Both the position numbers and the translations under genes were made by a program. This document shows positions 46,197 through 56,390 of a stretch of DNA of 64,000 nt, in pieces. The stretch is from contig NZ_SMNA01000001.1 in assembly GCF_004353825.1 (NCBI RefSeq), forward strand, positions 372,001-436,000. Reading direction: 5' to 3'. Position 1 is the stretch's first letter, and each line of letters starts with the position of its first letter. Below the pieces are notes generated by a model. The model was not told where the DNA came from. It did no database searches and saw nothing but the letters and a program-made list of their open reading frames with translations. This DNA is from Occultella glacieicola (lineage in GTDB: Bacteria; Actinomycetota; Actinomycetes; Actinomycetales; Beutenbergiaceae).

Positions 46197-47060
46197 TCAG
46201 TCGGTGCCGGCGGCGGCGTCGTAGAGGCGGCGCGCGAGCGCGAGGTCCCGGGCCACCACCTCGGTCAGTGGCCGGTCCGGTTCGGTGTACTGGCCGCTCA
46301 GGCAGACCGGTCCGGCGTAGTTGCGCAGCCGCACCTGGGACATCACCGCGGACCAGTCGGACAGCCCTTCGGCGCCCTCCACGTACCAGGGACGCCACTG
46401 GGTCCGGGTCCTGGTCGCGGAGTCGTGTCCTGGTTGCGGTGCCAGGGCGCGGTAGACGGCGTTCTTCAGGTTCACGATGCCCAGCCGTGGTGCCGCGATC
46501 TCGAGGGTGAGCATCGGGTCGTCCCCGGCGAGCGCGTCGTGCGCCGCATCCCAGATCAGCGTGAAGTCCGCGTGCGGGAGACCGTCCAGCAGGTCGAGGA
46601 CCTGCGCGGTGGAGGCGACGTACCGACCATGGTGGGGCTGCACCCCGACCTTGACGCCGTACTGGCGGGCCCACCGTGCGGACTGTTGCAGCTGGGCCCG
46701 GAACCTGGCCACGGACGCGATGTAGCCGTCCGCTTCGATCGGTGCCATCACCCGGATGGTCGGCACGCCGGACGCCTGACAGGCGGCGAACGTCGGCTCG
46801 GTCAGGTCGCCGGCGACGCTGATCGGGACCACCCCGGAGTCGCCGAGCTGTGCGACGAACTCGGGAAGGCGGGCCTCGACCCGCTGAGGGGTCACGAAAC
46901 TGTTCGGCCGCACCGGGATCTCGACGCCGGTGAACCCGATGCCGGAGACGAGGGTGCCGAGCTGCGCGCCGGACAGGTCCGCCCAGGGCTTGGCGAAGAC
47001 GGACCAGATGATCCGCTCCCGTGACATCACACCGCCCACGGCGGTTTCTGCTTCTGTCAT
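46197..47060 (-). CDS. Sugar-phosphate isomerase/epimerase-like TIM barrel
   Basis: SVFAKPW, GFTGVE, QPHHG, WDAAH, VNLKN, EGLSDW. Confidence 0.85.
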   Translation of the reverse strand: MTEAETAVGGVMSRERIIWSVFAKPWADLSGAQLGTLVSGIGFTGVEIPVRPNSFVTPQRVEARLPEFVAQLGDSGVVPISVAGDLTEPTFAACQASGVPTIRVMAPIEADGYIASVARFRAQLQQSARWARQYGVKVGVQPHHGRYVASTAQVLDLLDGLPHADFTLIWDAAHDALAGDDPMLTLEIAAPRLGIVNLKNAVYRALAPQPGHDSATRTRTQWRPWYVEGAEGLSDWSAVMSQVRLRNYAGPVCLSGQYTEPDRPLTEVVARDLALARRLYDAAAGTD

Positions 47061-47065
47061 GGTGA

Positions 47066-48247
47066 TCAGTCCTGCTCTCCGTAGTTCAGGGGGCGCGCCA
47101 GCGCCCGGATCTGGTCCTCGTCCACGTCGACGCCGAGCCCCGGACCGTCCGGGACCCGCGCCACACCGTCGGTGATCTGCAGTCCGTCGACGAACAGCTC
47201 GGCGAGCAGTTCCGGGCCGTTGAGCTCCGCCGGCAGCGCCAGGTCCACCAGGCTGAACAGGTGCAGGGCGGCCGCGAAGCCGATCCCGCAGTCGGTCAGT
47301 CCACTGGCGAGGACCTCGAGGCCGTGCGCCTCGGCGACGGCGACGGTCCGCAGGGCCGCGCGCAGTCCACCCGCCTTGCAGACCTTCACCACCACCAGGT
47401 CGGCCATGTCGAGCGTGATGTTCCGGGCCAGGTCGGCACTGCTGAAGTTGCCCTCGTCGATCGCGATCGGCAGGTCGGTCTTCGACCGCACGCGGCGCAT
47501 CCCGCCCCAGTCCACGCTCGGCACCGGCTGCTCGAGGCAGTACAGGTTCGGCACGTCCTCGAGCTGCCCCAGGAGCTGATGCACGGCGGCGGGGCGGTAG
47601 GACTGGTTCGCGTCCAGCCAGATCGGCTTCCCCTGGGCGTGCGCGGCGACCGTGTGCACGGCGGCGGCGTCCGCGCTCACGTCGCCGGAGATCTTCACCT
47701 TGTAGGCGTGCAGCTCGCTCGACTCGAGGACCCGCCGACGGACCACGTCCAGCGGGTCCACCCCGATCGCCGAGCACAGCGGCAGCTCGGTGCGGGTGGC
47801 GCCGCCCAGCAGCGCGTGCACCGGCACGCCCAGCACCCGCCCGGCCAGGTCGTGCAGGGCGATGTCGACGGCCGCCTTGGCGAACGGGAACGCACTGGAG
47901 ACAGACGGGCTCAGGACCGCGCTCGCGCGGCGATGGAACGACTCGACCCGGGTCGGGTCGGTGCCGATCAGCAGCGGCGCCAGGTAGCGGCGGATGATCA
48001 CCGCCATCGTCTCGACGGTCTCGTGGCTCCAGCTCGGGAGGGCGCGCTGCTCGCCCCAGCCGACGTGGCCGTCGGTGGCGGTGAGCTTCACGAACAGCAC
48101 GTCACCGTGCTCGTGCGCGGAACCCACCGATCCGCTGCCGAGGACGAACCGGTGTTTGAACGGCACCGGCACCGCGAACACCTCGACGGCGTCGATCCTG
48201 CTGACGACACCGTGCTGGGTGCGTGACGCGGTCGGCACGGCGTTCAC
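47066..48247 (-). CDS. Enolase superfamily, muconate-lactonizing-enzyme subgroup
   Basis: GWGE, AKAAVDIALHDL, YKVK, LDAN, EQP, IDE, VPDGPGLG. Confidence 0.9.
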   Translation of the reverse strand: MNAVPTASRTQHGVVSRIDAVEVFAVPVPFKHRFVLGSGSVGSAHEHGDVLFVKLTATDGHVGWGEQRALPSWSHETVETMAVIIRRYLAPLLIGTDPTRVESFHRRASAVLSPSVSSAFPFAKAAVDIALHDLAGRVLGVPVHALLGGATRTELPLCSAIGVDPLDVVRRRVLESSELHAYKVKISGDVSADAAAVHTVAAHAQGKPIWLDANQSYRPAAVHQLLGQLEDVPNLYCLEQPVPSVDWGGMRRVRSKTDLPIAIDEGNFSSADLARNITLDMADLVVVKVCKAGGLRAALRTVAVAEAHGLEVLASGLTDCGIGFAAALHLFSLVDLALPAELNGPELLAELFVDGLQITDGVARVPDGPGLGVDVDEDQIRALARPLNYGEQD

Positions 48248-49230
48248 GCGCTGACCGCCAGCCGCGCCGGATCGACGTAGGAGGTGCCCCGGGTGCCATC
48301 GCGCAGCCAGGCCTCGACGTCGGCCATGACGAACCGGCTGAGGTCCGCGTGCCCCTGGATGGTGTCGCCGGCGACGTGCGGTGTGAGCAGGACGTTCGGC
48401 GCGGCGCGCAGCTCGGCGGAGAGGGTGGGTGGTTCGGGCTGGAACACGTCCAGGGCGGCGAGGATCCGGCCCTCGAGGATCGCCTCGGTGAGGGCGGGAC
48501 CGTCCAGGGTCGCGGCCCGTGCGGAGTTGACCAGGATCGTGCCCGGCCGGATCCTGGCGATGAGGTCGGCGCCGATCAGGCCCTCCGTCTCCGGGGTGCT
48601 CGGCACGTGCAGGGAGATGATGTCGGCGTCCATCACCTCGATCAGGGACGCCCGGCGCACGCCGAGCGCGCCCGCCCGCTCTGCGGTCAGGTACGGATCG
48701 AAGACGAGCAGGTCGACGGCGAACGGTTGCAGCAGGCGGATGAGGGCGCGTGCCGTGGAACTCGCCCCGACCAGCCCGACCGTCCGTCCGGTCAGTTCCG
48801 AGCCGCGCAGCCGGGGCTGCTTCCAGCCGCCGTCCCGCAGCGCCCGGTCGAGCTGAGGCAGGCGGCGGAGCAGCGTCAGGATTGCACCGAGGCAGTACTC
48901 GCCGACGGACAGCGCGATCCGCTCGCCCGCCGAGAAGACGGTCGTTCCGGCCGCCATGGCGTCGAGGTCGACCAACCGCTTCACGGAGCCGGCGGCATGC
49001 GCCACGGTCTTCGGCGTGCGCCCGGCGGTGAGCAGCGTCGTGTCCAGGTGCGGGGTTCCCCAGCTGCTGAGCACCACGTCGGCGCCGGTGACGAGGTCGG
49101 CGACCTCCTCGACGCCGAGTTCCGTGCTCCCCCAGCGCACGGAGAAGGTGGACTCCAACCAGTGGCGCGTCGCCGGGGAGCAGACATCCTCGGCTCGGGC
49201 TGGGGTCATCAGGGCTGAGAGGCTGATCAC
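48244..49230 (-). CDS. D-2-hydroxyacid dehydrogenase
   Basis: HAAGSVK, VGLVGAS, NSAR, LDVFQPEP, TPHVAG. Confidence 0.92.
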   Translation of the reverse strand: MISLSALMTPARAEDVCSPATRHWLESTFSVRWGSTELGVEEVADLVTGADVVLSSWGTPHLDTTLLTAGRTPKTVAHAAGSVKRLVDLDAMAAGTTVFSAGERIALSVGEYCLGAILTLLRRLPQLDRALRDGGWKQPRLRGSELTGRTVGLVGASSTARALIRLLQPFAVDLLVFDPYLTAERAGALGVRRASLIEVMDADIISLHVPSTPETEGLIGADLIARIRPGTILVNSARAATLDGPALTEAILEGRILAALDVFQPEPPTLSAELRAAPNVLLTPHVAGDTIQGHADLSRFVMADVEAWLRDGTRGTSYVDPARLAVSA

Positions 49231-49306
49231 GCAGGACTCCTAGGGTCTGGAACGGGTGCGGTTGATTGGAGGCTAGGCCGCAGGGGTCATGCGCGTCCAA
49301 GCCCGA

Positions 49307-49335
49307 TATCGCATGGCTTGATACGTTCTCTGCAT
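49307..49335. promoter_or_regulatory. LysR T-N11-A boxes in the divergent promoter
   Basis: TATC-N9-GATA (49307-49323) and ATAC-N7-GCAT (49321-49335). Confidence 0.5.
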
Positions 49336-50221
49336 GGTCTACACGCTGGCTCAGCTCCGCGGCTTCGTGGCCGTCGCCGAGCACGGTCACTTCGGCCGAG
49401 CGGCGCAGTCGCTGCTGACCAGCCAGCCCTCCCTCAGCCGGCAGGTCCAGGGCCTGGAGCGGGCCGTCGGCGTCTCCCTGTTCGAGCGTGGGCCTCGCGG
49501 TGTGCAGCTGACCGTCGCCGGGCACGTGTTCCTGCGCGACGCCCGGCGCATCCTCTCGCTCTCCGAGGGGGCACCGGAGACTGCCAGGCGAGTTGCCGCG
49601 GGACGGGCCGGTCGGATCCAGGTCGCCTTCATCAGCGCCGCGGCGCTGAGCACGCTCGAGCCGCTCCTGACCGAGATCAGCTTCGAACTGGCGCAACTGG
49701 AGGTCGCGCTGGTCGAGCTCAGCGGTGCCGAACAGCTGCAGGCCCTGGCCGACGGCCGGATCGACCTCGGCCTCGTCCGCCCGCCGGTGCCGACCGAGGA
49801 GTTCGATGCCCAAGCGGTCCATGCCGAGCCGTTGATCGTGGCCCTCCCGGTGGGCCACCATCTCGCGGAGAAGGACGGCCCGATCGCTGCGGACGACCTC
49901 ATCGACGAGCCGATCCTGGAGTACGCCGAGGACGGCACGGACTACCTCCACGACCTCTGCGTGCGGCTGCTCGGCAGCGAGAACTTCGTGGCCGCGCAAC
50001 GCGTGTCCCAGCTGTCCACCGCCCTCGCTCTGGTGCGGGCCCGCCGCGGCATCGCGCTCGTCCCGCGCTCGGCGGCGGCCATGAGGTTCGACGGCGTCAT
50101 CCACCGCGAGGTGGCGGGCTCGTCGCCACTGGTCACGCTGCACGCCTGTTGGCGCCGCGACACGATGAATCCGGCCCTGATCAATGTGATCGCGTACCTG
50201 CGGGCCCGGTTGCAGCCCTGA
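49334..50221 (+). CDS. LysR family regulator
   Basis: FVAVAEHGHFGRAA..SQPSLSRQVQGLE..LFER. Confidence 0.95.
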   Translation: MVYTLAQLRGFVAVAEHGHFGRAAQSLLTSQPSLSRQVQGLERAVGVSLFERGPRGVQLTVAGHVFLRDARRILSLSEGAPETARRVAAGRAGRIQVAFISAAALSTLEPLLTEISFELAQLEVALVELSGAEQLQALADGRIDLGLVRPPVPTEEFDAQAVHAEPLIVALPVGHHLAEKDGPIAADDLIDEPILEYAEDGTDYLHDLCVRLLGSENFVAAQRVSQLSTALALVRARRGIALVPRSAAAMRFDGVIHREVAGSSPLVTLHACWRRDTMNPALINVIAYLRARLQP

Positions 50222-50300
50222 CGCCACGGGCCAGGGGTCGGGTGACGGAGACGCGAACCCGGGCCGCTCGGGCGTCGGCGGTCCTTGCCATACTCACCCC

Positions 50301-51410
50301 ATGATCACGCGCCGAGAGCTCGCCCTGCTCCGCCTGATCGCGCAGCGCCTCGCCGGTCCCCGATGCGCCACGGCCGCGGACGCGGTGCGCCACCTCGGCG
50401 CCGCGCAGGCGCAGGACCTGCCGGGTGCGCTCACCTCGATCGCACTCCGGGTCGACGGCGGAACTCGCCGGGGCGTCGAGGAGGCCCTGGCCACGGGGCA
50501 GGTGGTGCGCTCGTGGCCGATGCGCGGGACGCTGCACCTGGTCCCGGCGGAGGACCTCGGCTGGATGCTGGCCGTCACGTCGCCGCGGATGATCGCCGGT
50601 GCCGCGCGTCGTCGCGCCGAACTGGGGATCACCGACGCGGTCCTGGACCGGGCCCGGGAGATCGCGCTGGACGCGCTCGCCGAGCGCCCCGGCCCACGGG
50701 ACGACGCGTCCGGCGGTGGGGCGACCAGCCACCGCGTGGGCCTGCGCCGGGCGGACCTGTTCGGACTCTGGCAGGCGGCCGGCCTGCTGGCGCACTCCCA
50801 GACCGCCGTGCACCTGCTCGGTCAGCTCTGCCAGGAGGCCACCCTCGTGCTCGGGCCGCTGTCCGGCACCGAGCAGCACGTGGTCGCCTACGGGGCCTGG
50901 ATCCCCGAACCCGTGCATCTGGACCGCGACGGCGCCCTGGCCGAGTGGGCCCGCCGGTACCTGCGCAGCCACGGGCCGGCCACCGACCGGGACCTCGCCC
51001 GCTGGGCCTCGCTCTCCCTCACCGACGCCCGCGCCGGGGTGAGCGCCGTACGCGAGGAGTTCACCGCCGTCGAGGTCGACGGCATCGAGCACCTGATGGA
51101 CCCCGCGCTGCCCGACCTGCTCGCCGAGCACCGCGCGCAGGCTCGGCGGCTGCGGCTGCTGCCCGGCTTCGACGAGTTCATGCTCGGCTACGCCGACCGC
51201 ACCTTCGCCGTGCCGGCGGAGTTCGAGGCCCGGATCGTGCCCGGCGGCAACGGCATGTTCCGGGCCACCGTCGTCAAGGGCGGGCAGGTGATCGCCACCT
51301 GGAAGCGCGCCGGCACGGGCGCGAGGACCCGGATCGCGCCGGAGCCGTTCGCCCCGCTCGGCCCGCGGGACCGCGCCGCCATCGACCGGCGCTACACCGA
51401 ACTGCCGTGA
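50301..51410 (+). CDS. AlkZ-like (HTH_42) DNA glycosylase
   Basis: QAQD, WPMRGTLHLV, YLRSHGPAT..DLARW, LLPGFDE. Confidence 0.88.
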   Translation: MITRRELALLRLIAQRLAGPRCATAADAVRHLGAAQAQDLPGALTSIALRVDGGTRRGVEEALATGQVVRSWPMRGTLHLVPAEDLGWMLAVTSPRMIAGAARRRAELGITDAVLDRAREIALDALAERPGPRDDASGGGATSHRVGLRRADLFGLWQAAGLLAHSQTAVHLLGQLCQEATLVLGPLSGTEQHVVAYGAWIPEPVHLDRDGALAEWARRYLRSHGPATDRDLARWASLSLTDARAGVSAVREEFTAVEVDGIEHLMDPALPDLLAEHRAQARRLRLLPGFDEFMLGYADRTFAVPAEFEARIVPGGNGMFRATVVKGGQVIATWKRAGTGARTRIAPEPFAPLGPRDRAAIDRRYTELP

Positions 51411-51429
51411 GCCGCCCTAGCGTCCGACG

Positions 51430-51582
51430 TCAGCGGGTCTTGCGTGCGGCCTCGCGGATCTTCTGAGCGCTGCGGTCATAGTCGCTGCGCTTGGCGGGCA
51501 CGACCGCCGTCCGTCGGCCTTCCAGTGTGGTGGCCTTGCCGTAGGAGCCAAACTTGCTCGGGTCGCGCTGTGGTGTCGCCAT
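51430..51582 (-). CDS. Small basic hypothetical protein, 50 aa
   Basis: GAAGG SD, then MATPQRDPSKFGSYGK...IREAARKTR. Confidence 0.5.
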   Translation of the reverse strand: MATPQRDPSKFGSYGKATTLEGRRTAVVPAKRSDYDRSAQKIREAARKTR

Positions 51583-51598
51583 GGGCTTTTCGCCTTCG

Positions 51599-52853
51599 CT
51601 AATTCGTGACTCTTGAGCGTACTGCAGCCATCCGACGCGATGCACGGAGGCGCAGCGAACGAACGATCGATCCCCAAGTGCACATCGCCACGAACGCACC
51701 TGAGATGGCGAGCGCGGCGTACCAGAAGATCATGAACCAGGGATCTCGTAACTCCCAGGTGAGCGATGCTGCCGCAGTCACGAGCAAACCGGTGCACGCG
51801 CCGATGATGAGTCGTAGCGGCGTCAACAGCCTGGACGTCAGGGCATGTTCGCGGACTCCGAGAAACACCGTGACCACAACTGCAGGAAGGGCGAGAAGAG
51901 AAGAGCAACGCCGCCGAGTCCTCCGGACGCGACCAGGTACGCATAGGCCGATCGTTCGGACTCACTGCGCACCTCGAAGGCGCCGTGGGCGTGCGCTACT
52001 ACGCCGCCGAACTCGTCCTGTGCACCAGTTGGGTTGCTGGACCCGGACGGAAGTTCAAGTGACTCGGACACCACGCCACTCGGCAGGTGTACCTCCAGGT
52101 GGTACGAAGCTGCATCTCCAGCCGCTGGCACCGGGATCGCGAGGGCCGCCGGACGCGCCCCCAGGCTGGCAAGTATCGCCGGCCCCCGGAGTTCGATGTG
52201 AAAGAAATGCGATGTCTTCAGTACCCGTCGAACGCCAGCGTGCTCGGGGGAGACGAGCGCGAACAGAATGAAGTTCTCCTCCAGGTCGAACAGGAGTGAC
52301 CGGGATGCCTCGCCGATCATCGCCAGTTCCTTCGGGACCAGGATGGGTTCGTCACCGAATGAGCCCGTATTGAGAAGAAGTTCGGCCGGTGATCCGCCTG
52401 CGGGTGACCAACCGCCGGGCGTCAGCAGAATCTGCTTCAGAGCCGTTGCCAATTGCGGGTTCGTCGGCCATCCACGCTCAATGTGAATCGGAGCATCTCC
52501 AGGGCCAGCGCGGCGCTGTCGCGCATCCCAAGCACGGGCAGCGGGGCGCCATCCGGCCCGGTGATATTGAAGTCCTTGAGCGGGCCCTTGCGAAAGAGAG
52601 TGATCGGAACAACCAACTGGGCATCACGCCCTCGGGACCAGGTAAGTCTGACGTCGTTCGGCACCGTGCAGTCGATCGAGATGCGCCAACGCCCGCGGTC
52701 TCCGCTCTCGAGCCTCATGCTATCCACGCGTCGGTGCTTCCAAGCCTGCGGGAAGAGCGTGAGTTCGGCGATCGCCGCGCCGCGCCGCGCGACCGACTGT
52801 TCCGCGTGCCTAGCGTGGGCTCTGTGCGAGAGCCGGGCGATCGGTCCCCTCAT
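51599..52853 (-). pseudogene. Frameshifted hypothetical protein with C-terminal TM helices
   Basis: Three overlapping ORFs join through frameshifts near 52465 and 51895; CATGAT -10 lies 7 nt before ATG 52853; lower GC. Confidence 0.6.
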
Positions 52854-52988
52854 GTCGCTCATCATGGCGGACCACGGAGGCTCGGATGCTGTCGTTCGGA
52901 ACCGCTGTGGACAAGCATCCGCGGAAGGAGTGGGCTCGTCGTCAGACACTGGGATCGGTAGGAGCCGGGGCGCAGCGATCGTGCCGGT

Positions 52989-53591
52989 ATGAGAAGCCTC
53001 CTCGGTCTGCTGCGGGTGATCGCCATCCTCGTGGCGGCCTGCGGTGCGGTGACCGTGCTCGCCGGCCCGCTGCTCCTGGTGATCGGCAGCCACGACTTCC
53101 GGCAGGGCACCACCACCGTCGAGGGGGACGCGGGATCCCTGGTCACCCTGCTGACGGACGACTATCTGGGCGGGGGCCGGTGCACGTTCGAGGGTGGGCT
53201 GACGCAGGTCGAGACGCTGTCCTCGGGCAGCTACGAGATCAACGGGGTGGCGTTCTTCGCGCAGGCCACGCTGGAGGTGACCGCGTCCGGAGGCGGGTCG
53301 ATCACCTGCGAGCCGGGGCTCCTCTACTACCTCTCACCGATGCCGTCGTGGCTGGCCGCACCGGTGCAGGCGATGTCCGGGCAGGGTCTCACCGGCCCGG
53401 TCGTCGCGATCGGGCTCGGCATCGCGGTGGCGTTCGTGACCGGCCTGGTCAGGTCGATGCTCGCCGAGCCGGAGCGACGTCGACCCGGGGGTCGCCCGGG
53501 TTCGCCGACCGGTGGGGATTCGGACCGGTCGGCCCGCCCGGATCTGCCCGAGCCGCCCGGGCTCAGGCCGGGGGAGTACCGAGCGCGGTGA
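52989..53591 (+). CDS. Hypothetical membrane protein (two TM segments flanking an extracellular domain with 2 Cys)
   Basis: Hydrophobicity pattern and high GC3. Confidence 0.6.
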   Translation: MRSLLGLLRVIAILVAACGAVTVLAGPLLLVIGSHDFRQGTTTVEGDAGSLVTLLTDDYLGGGRCTFEGGLTQVETLSSGSYEINGVAFFAQATLEVTASGGGSITCEPGLLYYLSPMPSWLAAPVQAMSGQGLTGPVVAIGLGIAVAFVTGLVRSMLAEPERRRPGGRPGSPTGGDSDRSARPDLPEPPGLRPGEYRAR

Positions 53592-54795
53592 GCCGCCCCC
53601 GCAGCAGGTCCGTCTCGGCGGCGTTGTCGGTCAGCTCCATTGCCCGTCGCAGCGCGGCGGCCGCCTCGCCGGTCCGGCCCAGCTCGGTCAGGAACTCGGC
53701 CCGGGTCGCGTGGAACAGGTGGTAGCCGTCGAGCCCGTCGAGGACGTCCACCTCGGCCAGGGCCGGCCCCGGCCCGGCCACCTGCGCAAGGGCGACGGCC
53801 CGGTTCAACCGCACCACCGCCGTCGGGCTCCATGAGAGAAGCTGGTCGTAGAGCGCGAGGACCTGGAACCAGTCGGTCTGCGCGTGGGTCGCGGCGTCGC
53901 TGTGGACCGCGTTGATCGCGGCCTGCAGTTGGTACGGGCCGGGGGCGCCCCGACGCAGGCAGGCGCGGACCAGATCCTGGCCCTCCGCGATCAGGTCGGC
54001 GTCCCAGCGGTCGCGGTCCTGGTCGGCGAGCAGCACGAACTCCCCGTCGGGCCCGGTGCGGGCCGCACGCCGGGACTCGGTCAGCAGCATCAGGGCGAGC
54101 AGCCCGCGGGCCTCCGGTTCGTCCGGCATCAGCTCGACGAGCACCCGGCCCAGGCGGATCGCCTCGCGGCACAGGTCCGCGCGCACCAGGTCATCCCCGC
54201 TCGACGCGGTGTAGCCCTCGTTGAAGATCAGGTAGACGACCGCGAGCACCGACGTCAGCCGGTCCGGCAAGTCGTGGTCCTCGGGCACCCGGTAGGGGAT
54301 GTTCGCGGCCGTGATCTTGCGCTTGGCCCGCACGATCCGCTGGGCCATGGTCGCCTCGGGCACGAGGAACGCCCGGGCGATCTCCGGCGTGGTGAGCCCA
54401 CCCAGGGTGCGCAGCGTGAGCGCCACCCGCGCGGCCGGGGCGATGGCCGGGTGGGCGCAGGTGAAGATCATCCGGAGCTGGTCGTCCCTCACCGGACCCA
54501 CCGGCTCGGGCTCGTCGCGTGCGTGCAGCAGCGCGGCCTCGGCGTACTTGTCATGGCTCTTCGCCTCCCGGCGGAGCCGGTCGATGGCCCGGTTGCGGGC
54601 GGTCACCACGATCCACGCCCCGGGGTTCGGTGGTGTCCCGTCCCGGGGCCACCGCTCCACGGCGGCGATGAACGCGTCCTGCACCGCGTCCTCGGCGAGG
54701 GAGAGGTCGCCGAGGACGCGGGTCAGGGTGGCCACGCACCGTCCGTGTTCCTCGCGGAACACCCGCCCGACGGCGGCGGTCGCGTCCGGCGTCAT
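53563..54795 (-). CDS. ECF sigma factor with a TPR-like C-terminal extension (ECF42-type)
   Basis: [36 protein letters not shown]. Confidence 0.92.
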   Translation of the reverse strand: MTPDATAAVGRVFREEHGRCVATLTRVLGDLSLAEDAVQDAFIAAVERWPRDGTPPNPGAWIVVTARNRAIDRLRREAKSHDKYAEAALLHARDEPEPVGPVRDDQLRMIFTCAHPAIAPAARVALTLRTLGGLTTPEIARAFLVPEATMAQRIVRAKRKITAANIPYRVPEDHDLPDRLTSVLAVVYLIFNEGYTASSGDDLVRADLCREAIRLGRVLVELMPDEPEARGLLALMLLTESRRAARTGPDGEFVLLADQDRDRWDADLIAEGQDLVRACLRRGAPGPYQLQAAINAVHSDAATHAQTDWFQVLALYDQLLSWSPTAVVRLNRAVALAQVAGPGPALAEVDVLDGLDGYHLFHATRAEFLTELGRTGEAAAALRRAMELTDNAAETDLLRGRLTALGTPPA

Positions 54796-54802
54796 CGGCG
54801 GC

Positions 54803-55162
54803 TCACTCGGTCGGTTCCGCCTGGAACGGGCGAACCTCGACCGGGGAGAAGCAGGCCTTCGAGGCCTGGTCGGCGTACTTCAGGGCCGCGTCCAGGTCCG
54901 GGGCCTCGATCACCCAGAAGCCGCCGAGCTGTTCCTTCGTCTCCAGGAACGGGCCGTCGGTGACCACCGCGTCGCCCTGGGTGCTGTCGACCTTCGTGGC
55001 GGTGCTGGACGGCTCGAGTCCGCCACCGAACACCCAGGCCCCGGCCTGCTGCAGCGAGTCGTTGAAGGCCCCCACCTGCGCGTAGGCCTCCTCGAGACCC
55101 TCGGCGGGGATGTCGGCCATCTCCTGGTCGGTGCTCCAGATGGAGAGCAGGTACTGCGTCAT
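54803..55162 (-). CDS. YciI/DGPF family protein
   Basis: [21 protein letters not shown]. Confidence 0.92.
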   Translation of the reverse strand: MTQYLLSIWSTDQEMADIPAEGLEEAYAQVGAFNDSLQQAGAWVFGGGLEPSSTATKVDSTQGDAVVTDGPFLETKEQLGGFWVIEAPDLDAALKYADQASKACFSPVEVRPFQAEPTE

Positions 55163-55214
55163 GTCGGTTCCTCCTGTTCGACGGCGGGCCCTGGTGGCCT
55201 GCCTCTCACCCCTG

Positions 55215-56390
55215 CTACGAACGACGGGTGCCCGGATCGACACCTCGGCCAGAATTCTTTCCGAGGTTCTTCCCGCTCGCCTCGACGCGTCGCGGATCGA
55301 AGGCCTCCCGGGGTGCGCCGAGGAAGGTGGCGAGCCGGTCGGTCGCGGTCTCGACGGCCGCCGTCTGCTCCGCGGTCAGACTCGAGGCGAGCTTGAGCTC
55401 GATGCGGGCGACGCCGCGGCCCGGGGCCCGCTTCCAGGTGCCGGCGTTCAGCCCGTCGACGACCACGGTCGAGGCGTACGGGTCGATCCAGGGGTCCGCC
55501 TCCGGCCCGCGCGGATGCCCGTCGGCGACCGGGAACCCGAGTGCCGGATAGGTCAGGGTCGCCTCGTCGTAGGTCGGTAGCAGGTGCGCGCGTGGCGCGT
55601 CCGGGGCGGTCCGCGCCGGAACGGAGGGGTCGAACCACAAGGTGGTCCCGTCCACCTCCACCGACTCCAGCGCATCGCCGACGATGTCCAGGCCCCGCCG
55701 CACGTCGGCCTGGGTCACGGCGGCCCAGCGGGTCAGGTCCTTGATCGAGGCTGGACCATGCCCAGCGAAGAACCGGTGCACCAGGGCGCCGAGGGCCTCG
55801 TCCCGTTCGAGTTCGGGCTCGGGCGGCAGGATCTCGTCGACGAGCAGGTACGTGTGCTGGGCGCCCTTCATCGGCCCGTTCACGATCACGCCCATGAGCT
55901 CGTTCATCAGGTGCAGGTCCCCGAGCGGCAGCCCCTTGTCCGGCAGGCCGGCGGAGCGCATGTGCGGGGCGATCTCCCGGCGGGTCAGCGCGGTGCGCCC
56001 GGCGAGGATCTTCCGGAACACGTCCGCCCCGCGGGCGGCCACCTCCGTGTCGAGACCGAGTTTGGCGAAGTGGCCGCGCATGCCGGAGAGCACCTTGGGC
56101 GACGTCAGCCCGAGGATCCAACGCAGGTCCTCGGGTGCCACGAAGTGCCAGGTGGGCCGCAGGATGTGGGTCCGCAGGAAGGCGCCCGCGTCGTAAGCGG
56201 CGCGGATCCCGTCGTCGGTGGCGCCCCTGGTGCGCATCCCGACCGACCACAGGGCGTTCGGGGCCTCCTGCGCCTGGACGCAGGTCAGCAGCCGGACCGC
56301 GTCCACGGCGTCGGGCAGACCGGGCGAGGTCAACCGTTGGGTGGCCATCCGTCGGCGCAGCACCCACTCGCGCGTCGTCACCATGGGCAC
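55215..56390 (-). CDS. Second AlkZ-like (HTH_42) DNA glycosylase
   Basis: QAQE, RTHILRPTWHFV, FFAGHGPASIKD..W, LLPTYDE. Confidence 0.88.
   Translation of the reverse strand: MPMVTTREWVLRRRMATQRLTSPGLPDAVDAVRLLTCVQAQEAPNALWSVGMRTRGATDDGIRAAYDAGAFLRTHILRPTWHFVAPEDLRWILGLTSPKVLSGMRGHFAKLGLDTEVAARGADVFRKILAGRTALTRREIAPHMRSAGLPDKGLPLGDLHLMNELMGVIVNGPMKGAQHTYLLVDEILPPEPELERDEALGALVHRFFAGHGPASIKDLTRWAAVTQADVRRGLDIVGDALESVEVDGTTLWFDPSVPARTAPDAPRAHLLPTYDEATLTYPALGFPVADGHPRGPEADPWIDPYASTVVVDGLNAGTWKRAPGRGVARIELKLASSLTAEQTAAVETATDRLATFLGAPREAFDPRRVEASGKNLGKNSGRGVDPGTRRS
55216..55242 (-). promoter_or_regulatory. ECF42-type promoter of the DGPF-sigma operon
   Basis: TGTCGA, 17 nt, CGTA on the minus strand. 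Confidence 0.65.

Noticed and set aside
40582..48247. Dienelactone hydrolase plus MLE-like enzyme as a chlorocatechol pathway
   Set aside because: Separated by unrelated genes on the opposite strand; no catechol dioxygenase or maleylacetate reductase
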